Made by a program: the position numbers and the translations under genes. Below the pieces are notes generated by a model. That model saw only the letters and a program-made list of their open reading frames with translations. It ran no database searches and had not been told where the DNA came from. A stretch of 33,603 nucleotides of DNA from Myxococcales bacterium (GTDB lineage: Bacteria; Myxococcota_A; UBA9042; JABWCM01; BTVJ01): assembly GCA_045863395.1 (NCBI GenBank), contig BTVJ01000082.1, positions 1 through 33,603 on the forward strand, read 5' to 3'. This document shows, piece by piece, positions 1-8,088 of the stretch; position 1 is the stretch's first letter, and each line of letters opens with the position of its first letter.

Positions 1-404
1 CGCCGTCCCGAGACGTTGATGCGTCTCCCGGCCCCTTTGGTCCGCTTGAATGCGAAGCTCTCTTCCCGCACCAGCAGCGTCCGGTTCTGCCAGAACGACA
101 GCTCGTATACGTCCAGCGCGGCCTGGCTGGAGTGGCGTGTCACCTGGGCGTGAACCCCCAGCTTGATCTTCTGGGCCCCGGACTCCCCACGGCCCTGATA
201 GCGCAGCGCCGGGAACCCCCCGTTCCGCTCGATGGCGGGGCCGAGGTCGAGCCGGGCCGTGTCCCCGAGGAACCCGATGGTGCGCAGGAAGTTGGACTTG
301 CCCGCGCCGTTGGGCCCAACGAGGACGTTCAGCTCGCGAAGCTCCACGTCCACCTGTCGGAGGCTGAGGAAGTTCTCTGCGGTGATCCGGTGGATGTACC
401 TCAT
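1..404 (-). CDS. ABC/SMC-like ATPase (AAA_15/AAA_21, COG4637-like), N-terminal part; runs off the window edge
   Basis: Not in the ORF track. My translation from ATG 404 reads MRYIHRITAENFLSLRQVDVELRELNVLVGPNGAGKSNFL..., showing the NF(L)S motif and Walker A GPNGAGKS; no stop before position 1. Confidence 0.85.
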   Translation of the reverse strand, partial: MRYIHRITAENFLSLRQVDVELRELNVLVGPNGAGKSNFLRTIGFLGDTARLDLGPAIERNGGFPALRYQGRGESGAQKIKLGVHAQVTRHSSQAALDVYELSFWQNRTLLVREESFAFKRTKGAGRRINVSGR

Positions 405-412
405 GGGCGCCA

Positions 413-441
413 AGGCTACCGCGCCTTCCCGCTGAGGGCAA
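413..441 (-). promoter_or_regulatory. Putative sigma70-type promoter of the ATPase gene (leaderless or near-leaderless)
   Basis: TTGCCC (441-436), 17 nt spacer, TAGCCT (418-413); ATG lies 8 nt after the -10 and there is no Shine-Dalgarno. Confidence 0.45.
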
Positions 442-505
442 CGTTGGGCCGCGCCAGGGTGAGAGGCGCCTCCAGCGGGCACCTCCTCTCACTCCGGTCG
501 CTCTC

Positions 506-1414
506 CTACCACACCGCCCGCTCGACCAGGAACCGCTTGACGCGCGGCACGATGAGCTCCGCGCGCTCCAGGAGCGCGAAGTGGCTGGCGCGCCAGAGCG
601 CGAGGTGCTCCGCGTTGGGGAGGCGGCGGGCGACGCGGTAGCTCTGGTAGGCGGGGGTGAGCACGTCGAGGGCGCCGCTGATGACGAGCGCCGGGGCGTC
701 GATCTCGCGAAGCACGTGGTAGACCGAGTGGGCGTCCAGCTCCTGGAAGAGGCGGACGTAGTTGGGGAAGCTCGGGCCCAGCACGTCGTCGAAGTAGCGG
801 CGCAGCATGGGGCGCATCGACAGGCTGCGGCGCCCGGCGGTCACGCCGAAGAGCAGGGCCGTCGGCAGCTCGATGAGGCGGCTGCCTGCGGCCAGCGGCC
901 GCGCCACCGCGGCGTGGTCCGACACCCAGTCGATGAGCCAGTGGAGCGCGCGCGGCAGCATGGGCACGGTGAACAGGGGCTGGAAGCCGTAGCGCAGCAC
1001 GTGGCCCCAGGTGCCGTTGATCAAGATCAGGCCCGCCACCCGCTCCGGGTTCGTCGCGGCCACGTCGAGAGACACCTGCACGCCCATGCTCCAGCCGACG
1101 AAGACCGCGCGGTCGACCCCCTCGGCGGAGAGCACCGCCAGGGCGTCCTCGCTGTGGTGGGCGAGGGACAGCTTGCGCCGCGAGGTGGGCGTGTCCGAGT
1201 CGAAGAGACCCCGGTAGTCCCAGGTGATCAGCCGGTGGGTCTGCCACAGCGCGTCGAGCAGCGGGCGCCACGCATACAGGCGTCCGCCGAGGCCGTTGGC
1301 GAGCAGGATGGCGGGCCCACCCTCGCCGACGACCTCGTAGTGGATGCGGGTGCCGTCGGCCGCCGTGACGCGCTTTCGCTGGAGAGTATGAGCCCACGCC
1401 GCGCCTTCGATCAT
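506..1414 (-). CDS. Alpha/beta-fold hydrolase (302 aa)
   Basis: ATG 1414 overlaps the stop of the upstream GH57 gene (ATGA); NGLGG oxyanion loop, WDYRG, GWSMG nucleophile elbow, candidate Asp (GALD) and His (ASHF). Confidence 0.9.
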   Translation of the reverse strand: MIEGAAWAHTLQRKRVTAADGTRIHYEVVGEGGPAILLANGLGGRLYAWRPLLDALWQTHRLITWDYRGLFDSDTPTSRRKLSLAHHSEDALAVLSAEGVDRAVFVGWSMGVQVSLDVAATNPERVAGLILINGTWGHVLRYGFQPLFTVPMLPRALHWLIDWVSDHAAVARPLAAGSRLIELPTALLFGVTAGRRSLSMRPMLRRYFDDVLGPSFPNYVRLFQELDAHSVYHVLREIDAPALVISGALDVLTPAYQSYRVARRLPNAEHLALWRASHFALLERAELIVPRVKRFLVERAVW

Positions 1415-4400
1415 TTTCCGCTGGTCTCCACTTTGGTCTTGGGGCCCAGGGTGCCGCTGGGCTGGGGCCGGTCGGCGAAGCAGTCCTTCAGGGTGACCTT
1501 CTTGATGCCCGGGTCCTGGGGCACCTCGTACCCGCGCTCGGTGAGCGGGAACTCCTCGGACTGGGACCAGCTCCCTTCTTGAGATGGCAGCCCCACCGTG
1601 TACTTGTAGCGCAGCAGCGTGCCCGGCGCGAAGGGGAAGGTCGCGGTCCATTTGTAGTCCTTGGCCTTCAGGTCTGGCGCCACGCCGTTGTCCACCATGG
1701 GGATCTTGTTCGGCACCCAGTTCGACAAGGAGTCCTGGTTGCCCGTGATGTAGACGATGCCCTTGTTGCCGTCCGGCGGCGGCGGCGGGTTCTTGAGGCT
1801 CGTGTACTTGTCGATGGCCTCGCAGGTGCCGCTCACGTCCACCTCGAAGGTCACGTACACCTGGTTGGTCACGTCCTCGAAGACGATCTTCGACCCCAAT
1901 GTCGGCGCCGCGTCGATGACCTTGCCGCCCTCGACCGCGACCACCAGCAGCTCCAGCGGGTCGCCGAGGGTGAAGCCCATGTCCGTGAAGGGGATGCCGA
2001 GCTCGATGATCTTGTTGCCCGCGAGCGGTCCGCCGAGCTTGATGCTGTTGGCCGCGGGGGTCCAGCCGCCGCTCCCGTTGGCCTTGTTGAGCCCGACCTT
2101 CGCCGTGGCGCCGGAGAAGTCCACCCGCACCTCTCGCGCCGCGCCGCCGGCCTTGAACTCCAGCTTCAGCCCTTGGGGGGTGGTGGTGTTGAACGGGTCC
2201 TGCTGGAAGGTGCCCGTCGCCGCGTCGACGACGTGCTTGTGGCTCAGGTAGACGGCCAGGTCGTAGCTCTTCCCCAGCTTGTCGGAGAGCACCTCGTTGG
2301 CGGAGATGCCGACGTAGAACGTCGTCGCGTCGTAGCCGTAGTAGACGACCGCGATGTCGTCGTCCGGGTTCTTGATGGCGCCGCCGCTGTCGTCGTCGAA
2401 GTAGAGCGCGCCGCCGATGTCCCACTCGCTCTCGTTGGGCGTGAACTTCCCGTCGATGACCGGCGGCTTGGTGAACGGCCCCTCCAGCGCCTTGGGCTTG
2501 GCCTGGATGATGGGCGGGCACTCGGGCACGTCGATGGGGGGCTTGCCCTTCATGGCCAGCGCCTCGTTCATGAACTCGGACATGCCCGCCAGGTGGGCGC
2601 GGAAGCCCTTGTCGAAGGGCGTGTCGTCGTTGGACGGGGTCGTCATGTCCTGGCCGAACCACCAGAACCAGTCGCTGCCCTCCGCCGCGTAGATCTCGTC
2701 CCACGCCTTCCAGACGAGCCAGGCGTAGCTGGACGTGTCCACCGGCGGCGGCGCCGACGGGTTCGGCTGGGGCAGGCCGCTCTGGGCCAACGCCGCCCGG
2801 GACTTGGCGAGGCAGCCCCAGGCGAGGTTCTCTTCCCCTTCCCCGATCCAGATGGCGAAGGTGCCGTCGATCCAGCTCCCCGCCCAGAGCGGCTCCAGCT
2901 CCGTCTGCTCGTGGACCGGGTGCGGGGGCACGTTGCGCGCCGGGTTGCCGTCCAGGTACTCGCTGACCGTCACCGGGATGATCTCGCCCACCTGGTAGGA
3001 CTGCTGGAGCGCCCCGTACAGGGCGTGGAAGAAGCCCTTGCCGTCGTGCTCGTACTTGTAGGACTCCCAGGCGTTCTCGCCGTCGAGGATCACCACCACC
3101 ATGCGGTCCTTGCCGCCGAAGGAAGGGGCCTGCGCAAGCACGTCCTTGAAGAACTCCTGGGTGGCCGCCGCCCCGGTCAGCGACTGGAAGGTGAAGCCCA
3201 CCTTGTCCGAGAGCTCCGTGTCGCGGAACAGGATGATCATCTCGTCGTCGGTGTTGCCGTTGTCGCCCACGGCCTTGTCGCCGTCGACGCGGTAGGGGTA
3301 GTAGGCGGGCTGCCCCGACGGGGTCGACTTCTCGAGCACCTTGCTGGCGGTGGCGATCCAGCGGATGCCGTTGTCGACGAACAGGTGCACGACGTCCTCC
3401 GCCACGGAGCCCTCGCCCGGCCACATGCCGCGGGGCTTGATGCCGAAGGTCTCCTCGAAGAAGGCGACCGCGCGGGCCACCTGGGCGTTGGCGTCCTCCG
3501 GGTAGGCGTAGGGGGGCGATGGGACCGGGTCGAAGGGCTGGCCCTGCTTGGCCAGGTCCGAGTTGAAGATCAGGGGCAGGATCGGGTGGTAGAAGGGCGT
3601 CGTCGCAAGCTCGATCTGCCCCTTCTTCGTGTCGGGGTCGTACATGAGCTTCTTGTGGATGGCCACCGTGTTCGCCATGATCTTGTAGTTGTCGGCGACG
3701 AGGCGGTTGGCGACGGCCTCGGTCAGCGGAACCCGAAGCGTGTACTTGCCGCCCTTCTTCTCCAGCACATCGGACAGGTCGACCACGCTGCCGTCGGGCA
3801 TGGTGACGGGCCCGTCGAGGAAGTCCGGGTCGAACCACGCCAGCTCGAACCAGATCTTGAGCGCCAGGAAGTCCTCTTGCGTCAGCTCCGCCGGGTTCTT
3901 CTCGCGGAGCGCCACGTACTCCGGGAAGCGCTGCATGATCTGGTCGCTGGTGCTCACGCAGCTCCAGGGGCCGGCGTAGAGCAGGTCGAGCTGCGCCTCC
4001 GTCGCGGACTTCGGGGTCGGCGTCGGCTCCAGCAGCAGGTCGACCCACGGGTCCGTGTGCCCCTTCCACTTGGCCAGGAACGCGGGGGCGTCCACCGTGT
4101 TCGTCTTGACGTCCACATAGGGGCCGAGCCGCTCCAGGTAGATGTTGAGCTGGTTGAGCAGCACCACCGTGATGTTGATGTTCAGGTTGACGTCCGGGTA
4201 CAGCTCCAGGATGGCCGCCATGTCGTAGTAGTCCTTCGTGGCGTGCTTGCGCACCCAGGGCCCGGACATCTCGTCGCGGATGGCGTCGTGGTAGAGCGGC
4301 TGGTGCTGGTGCCAGATGATCGTCAGATACACGCTGCGGCGGATGGTCGCCTTGTTCTTCTGCGGGTGGATCTTGTTGCCGGCGAGGTCCGTGACGTTCT

Positions 4401-4959
4401 TTACCTGCACGGTGTAGGTCAGCGACGGGTTGATCTTGGCCGCCGCGTCCAGGGTCAGGGTGGCGAAGAGGCCGTCGGTCTCTGCCAGGGTCACGCCGAG
4501 CTGGCTGTTGTCGCTGCCCCGGACCGTGAAGTTCTCGGCGTCGGCGCCCGTGACCGGGTCCATGTCCTCGTCGTAGCGCACCGTGATGCGCTCGCCGTCG
4601 CTGCTGAAGGCGCTGACCACCGTCGGCGGGGTCTCGTCGGGGGGGACGAAGACGTCCTCGCCCGTGTCCACGGGGCCGCCGTCCTTGGGGGGCGTCGTGC
4701 CGCCGTCCTTGGGGGGCGTCGTGCCGCCGTCGTTGCCCCCAGCGGTGCCGCCGTCCGTGAGGGTCACCCCGTCCTCGCCCGCCGTCCCGTCGGGGCCCCA
4801 CCAGGAGGCGCCGTCTCCGGCCGTCCACCCGTCCTGGTCGCTGGACGAGCCGGACCCGGCCTTCTCGGGCGGGGGCTTCTTCTCACACCCCGCCACCGCG
4901 AGGGCCAGGGCCGCGAGCAGCGCCCATCGCTGCGCTGTGGTTCTTGCCGGGGCGTACAT
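1411..4959 (-). CDS. Lipoprotein GH57 amylopullulanase-like glycoside hydrolase, with an Ig-like N-domain, a DOMON/CBM9-like domain and a C-terminal CBM-like module (1182 aa)
   Basis: Lipobox LAVAGC; GH57 conserved regions WHQHQP, ELATTPFYHPILP, GMWPGEGSV (nucleophile Glu), ILDGENAWE (acid/base Asp), GSWI and AEGSDWFWW. Confidence 0.92.
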   Translation of the reverse strand: MYAPARTTAQRWALLAALALAVAGCEKKPPPEKAGSGSSSDQDGWTAGDGASWWGPDGTAGEDGVTLTDGGTAGGNDGGTTPPKDGGTTPPKDGGPVDTGEDVFVPPDETPPTVVSAFSSDGERITVRYDEDMDPVTGADAENFTVRGSDNSQLGVTLAETDGLFATLTLDAAAKINPSLTYTVQVKNVTDLAGNKIHPQKNKATIRRSVYLTIIWHQHQPLYHDAIRDEMSGPWVRKHATKDYYDMAAILELYPDVNLNINITVVLLNQLNIYLERLGPYVDVKTNTVDAPAFLAKWKGHTDPWVDLLLEPTPTPKSATEAQLDLLYAGPWSCVSTSDQIMQRFPEYVALREKNPAELTQEDFLALKIWFELAWFDPDFLDGPVTMPDGSVVDLSDVLEKKGGKYTLRVPLTEAVANRLVADNYKIMANTVAIHKKLMYDPDTKKGQIELATTPFYHPILPLIFNSDLAKQGQPFDPVPSPPYAYPEDANAQVARAVAFFEETFGIKPRGMWPGEGSVAEDVVHLFVDNGIRWIATASKVLEKSTPSGQPAYYPYRVDGDKAVGDNGNTDDEMIILFRDTELSDKVGFTFQSLTGAAATQEFFKDVLAQAPSFGGKDRMVVVILDGENAWESYKYEHDGKGFFHALYGALQQSYQVGEIIPVTVSEYLDGNPARNVPPHPVHEQTELEPLWAGSWIDGTFAIWIGEGEENLAWGCLAKSRAALAQSGLPQPNPSAPPPVDTSSYAWLVWKAWDEIYAAEGSDWFWWFGQDMTTPSNDDTPFDKGFRAHLAGMSEFMNEALAMKGKPPIDVPECPPIIQAKPKALEGPFTKPPVIDGKFTPNESEWDIGGALYFDDDSGGAIKNPDDDIAVVYYGYDATTFYVGISANEVLSDKLGKSYDLAVYLSHKHVVDAATGTFQQDPFNTTTPQGLKLEFKAGGAAREVRVDFSGATAKVGLNKANGSGGWTPAANSIKLGGPLAGNKIIELGIPFTDMGFTLGDPLELLVVAVEGGKVIDAAPTLGSKIVFEDVTNQVYVTFEVDVSGTCEAIDKYTSLKNPPPPPDGNKGIVYITGNQDSLSNWVPNKIPMVDNGVAPDLKAKDYKWTATFPFAPGTLLRYKYTVGLPSQEGSWSQSEEFPLTERGYEVPQDPGIKKVTLKDCFADRPQPSGTLGPKTKVETSGK
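4675..4731. repeat. 24-bp tandem repeat (2.4 copies) encoding the DGGTTPPK linker of the GH57 protein
   Basis: gccgccgtccttggggggcgtcgt at 4675-4698 and 4699-4722, plus partial gccgccgtc. Confidence 0.9.
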
Positions 4960-4983
4960 GGTGCGACCTCTCGGGCGTGGGAG

Positions 4984-7900
4984 CTACTGGCTCCCGAAGA
5001 CGGTGAAGACGGCGACCGCGCTCTGCTGCGTGCTCCCCTCACCGGTCGCGCCCTCGGGCAGCGCCTGGTTGGCGTAGGAGTCGCCGTAGTAGGTGACGCG
5101 GACCACCACCGCCACCTTGGCGCCGCTCGCCGGGATGCCGGTCGGGAAGAGCGTCGCGAGCGGGATGGCCAGCTCCATGCCCTCCATGCCCGTGTTCACG
5201 TCCCCGAGGATCCACCCGAAGTCGTTCCACGGGCTCAGGCTTCGCCAGCCGGCCTCACCCGACAGGCCCTCCGACCCGAGGACCCAGTTCTTGCCGATGG
5301 CGCCCGCCCCCCACTCCGCGCCGAAGCCCGGCGCCGTCACGTTGAGACCGCCGGAGAAGCAGGCGTCGAGGCCCCCCTCCTCGTCGGTGAGCGCGCTCAT
5401 GTTCGACGCGCCGGTCCCTGCGCCGAAGTCCGTGTCGATGTAGGCGACGATGGCGTTGGTCGCCTCGACGGTGCCCGTGACCCCCAGGTAGAGCGTGGTG
5501 GCGTCGAAGGACGCCCAGAGGCCGCCGAGGGTGTTGGCCGCCGTCCAGTCCGAGACGACCGTGTTCTCCGCGAGCTGGAACTCGATGGGCCAGTCGGCGC
5601 CGACCACGCCGTCGACGGTCGGCTTGCCCACCTGCCCGTAGGCGAGGGTGCCCGGGACGTTGATGGTGCTCCCTGGGACGCCCACCTCCACGTCGACGAG
5701 GCCCTCGGCGTGGGGCGGCGCGGTGAAGGTGACCGTCGTGTCCGTGACGTTGGTGGTCACGGCGCTCTGCCCGTCGACGAAGACGCCGACGACCCCCGAG
5801 AGCTTGACGCCGGTCAGCGTGACCTTGGTGCCACCGAGGATCGAGGCCACGCGCGGGCTCATGGAGAGCACGGTCGGGGTCGTCGGCATGGCCTTGACGG
5901 TGAGCTTGCCTGCTTTCGACGCGGCGTACTCCGCGGGCGACGTCGCGCCGTCCCCGTCGGCCACGAGCCAGGTCAGCCCGCCGTTGACCGAGAAGCGCAG
6001 TGCCCAGTCGTAGGAGCCCGCGGTCGGGGGAGTGACGGCGCCGCCCCACACGTCGTTGTTGCCCTGGTCGCCCTGGTAGGCGGCCGCGACCCACTGCCAG
6101 CCGGCGGCGTAGGGGTCCGAGCCGGCCGGCCCGTAGCCGACCTCGGCCGTCACGCCGGAGCCCTGGCCCGGCAGGTTCGTCACGTCCGCCTCGTAGATCT
6201 CGCCACGCAGGAGCGGAGTCGCCTGGCCCTCGAAGACCTCCGCAGTCAAGGGAGACACGAGGCCGGCCCAGTCGGGCGCGTCCGGCACGTAGGTGAAGGC
6301 CCCGGCCTTGGTGTCCGACTGGCCGTTGGGGTTGGAGACGGCCACGTCCACGGCGCCCAGGGCGCCCGACGGGGTCTTGGCGGTGATCTTCGTGCCCTGC
6401 ACCACCGCGTCCGTCGCCTGCTTGCCCCCGAAGGTGACCAGGGCGCCCGCCGCGAAGCCGCTCCCCGTGATGGTGACCGCCGTGCCGCCCTTGACCGAGC
6501 CCGTGTTGGGCTCTACCGCCGTGATCTTGGGCGCCAGGGCCGCGTCCAGGTACTCGAACCCATCCGCCAGGGTGGACGTGCCCCCATCAGGGTTGACCAC
6601 CTTGACTTCCACCTTGCCGGCGTTCCCTGGGGGCGTCGTACACTGGACGCCGCCGCTCGTCTCGGAAACGCCCGTCGCCTGCGCCGCCCCGAACCACACC
6701 TGGACGCCAGAGAGCAGCTCGGAGCCCGTGATGGTCACGGCGGTGCCCCCCGTGGTGGGGCCGCTCGCCGGGTCGACGATCTGGATGACGGGCTTGGAGA
6801 CGGGCCCCGAGACGCACGCCCCGGTCCCGAGATCGCAGGTTCCGCCGGGGCAGTCGGCATCCGACGTACACCCCTGCTTGGGCACGCAGGTGCCGGTCCC
6901 GAGATCGCAAGTCTGGCCGGGGCAGTCGGCATCCGAGGTACACCCCGCCTTCGGCACGCACACCCCGGTCGCCTTGTTGCAGGTCTGGCCCGGGCAGTCG
7001 GCGTCGCTGGTGCAGGTCGGCGGCAGGTTGGAGTCGTCGCCGACGACGATGGCCGTGTTCAGGGTCTTGCCCTTGGAGTCGAGCTTGAGCAGCAGCTCCT
7101 CGGCGGTCCAGGTCCCGGGTGTCTCCCAGTCCGTCCAGACGGCGACGCCCTCCGGCGCCGCGTCACCGCCCACCTTGTACTCGACGCCCTCGTCGGGCCC
7201 GCCCTCCGAGTAGCCGATGACGAAGACGAACTGCGCCTCCTGCCCGATGAGCAGGCCTCCGTCGTGGGGACCGAGCTTGTCCTTGTGGATGTAGGTGTAG
7301 ACCCCGTCGCCGGCCGCCTCGTCGCCGCCGGTGCCGTCGTCGAGGATCTGGATGGCCGTCCACGAGTTCATGGTGCCCTTGACGAACACGCCCTTGGGGG
7401 GCACGCCAGCGAACTCCTCGTGGAGCGCGCCGGTGTCGAGGGTGACCCGCATGTTCACGTCCCCGAACGGAGGCAGCACCATGCCGTCCAGGTCGTAGCG
7501 GTCCGTGGAGCCGGCGGGGACGTCCACGAGGCCGTTGGGGCCGATCCAGATCCAGTTGCCGAGCTCGTTGAGGGCGCCGTACTCGATGGTCGTGTCGTCC
7601 GCCGCCGCGAGCCACACCTCCGTCGAGAAGACGTGGTCGCCGGCGACCGCCCCCTCCATCTCGTGGCCGCCCGCGGAGATGGGCCCGTCGTCGTAGAGGA
7701 AGGGGAAGGGGCCGTCGGTCGGGAGCCAGCTCGTGGCGTAGGTGATGGTGTTGTCCGCCTCGCTCCAGGTGAAGGAGCCGGTCCACTGCATCTCCCCATC
7801 GCCGTAGGTCTTGTTCGCGCTGTCGTCGATCCAGAAGGAGAGGGTGGCCGTGCCCGCCGGCTGGACCCAGCGCGGCTCCCCCGGCGCCACGTCCTTGCCG

Positions 7901-8067
7901 CCGGTGTCAGGGCTCCCGGGGCCCGTGTCCGCGACGACCCCGTCACCGCCGCCGATGTCCACGGCCGCCACGTCGCCGAAGGGCGTGGTCGTGTCCGAGC
8001 CGGCGTCGGTCGCGTTGGTGGGGCAGCCCGCCGTGGCGAGCGCGAGACACAGGATGAGTCGCTTCAT
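4984..8067 (-). CDS. Multidomain surface lipoprotein: two choice-of-anchor-X/CBM-like modules, Cys repeats, three IPT/TIG domains, a glucanase-accessory Ig-like domain and a C-terminal DOMON-like domain (1027 aa)
   Basis: Lipobox LATAGC; DDGTGGDEAAGDGVYT motif; IPT signatures (P-x-SG-x-x-x-GGTAVTITGS, twice exact and once degenerate); PTVDG...LWASFDATTLYLGV DOMON/CBM9-like pattern; GGAG RBS. Confidence 0.8.
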   Translation of the reverse strand: MKRLILCLALATAGCPTNATDAGSDTTTPFGDVAAVDIGGGDGVVADTGPGSPDTGGKDVAPGEPRWVQPAGTATLSFWIDDSANKTYGDGEMQWTGSFTWSEADNTITYATSWLPTDGPFPFLYDDGPISAGGHEMEGAVAGDHVFSTEVWLAAADDTTIEYGALNELGNWIWIGPNGLVDVPAGSTDRYDLDGMVLPPFGDVNMRVTLDTGALHEEFAGVPPKGVFVKGTMNSWTAIQILDDGTGGDEAAGDGVYTYIHKDKLGPHDGGLLIGQEAQFVFVIGYSEGGPDEGVEYKVGGDAAPEGVAVWTDWETPGTWTAEELLLKLDSKGKTLNTAIVVGDDSNLPPTCTSDADCPGQTCNKATGVCVPKAGCTSDADCPGQTCDLGTGTCVPKQGCTSDADCPGGTCDLGTGACVSGPVSKPVIQIVDPASGPTTGGTAVTITGSELLSGVQVWFGAAQATGVSETSGGVQCTTPPGNAGKVEVKVVNPDGGTSTLADGFEYLDAALAPKITAVEPNTGSVKGGTAVTITGSGFAAGALVTFGGKQATDAVVQGTKITAKTPSGALGAVDVAVSNPNGQSDTKAGAFTYVPDAPDWAGLVSPLTAEVFEGQATPLLRGEIYEADVTNLPGQGSGVTAEVGYGPAGSDPYAAGWQWVAAAYQGDQGNNDVWGGAVTPPTAGSYDWALRFSVNGGLTWLVADGDGATSPAEYAASKAGKLTVKAMPTTPTVLSMSPRVASILGGTKVTLTGVKLSGVVGVFVDGQSAVTTNVTDTTVTFTAPPHAEGLVDVEVGVPGSTINVPGTLAYGQVGKPTVDGVVGADWPIEFQLAENTVVSDWTAANTLGGLWASFDATTLYLGVTGTVEATNAIVAYIDTDFGAGTGASNMSALTDEEGGLDACFSGGLNVTAPGFGAEWGAGAIGKNWVLGSEGLSGEAGWRSLSPWNDFGWILGDVNTGMEGMELAIPLATLFPTGIPASGAKVAVVVRVTYYGDSYANQALPEGATGEGSTQQSAVAVFTVFGSQ
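6814..7014 (-). repeat. Three 72-bp tandem units encoding CTSDADCPG(Q/G)TC-x6-C Cys-rich repeats
   Basis: Direct translation gives near-identical units of 24, 24 and 19 aa. Confidence 0.9.
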
Positions 8068-8088
8068 GGTGCTGCTCCAGTGTGGTCG

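Noticed and set aside
1415..4828. 1440-aa ORF suggesting a giant N-terminal extension on the alpha/beta hydrolase
   Set aside because: The extension is an alternative frame of the GH57 gene; the real start is the ATGA-coupled ATG at 1414.
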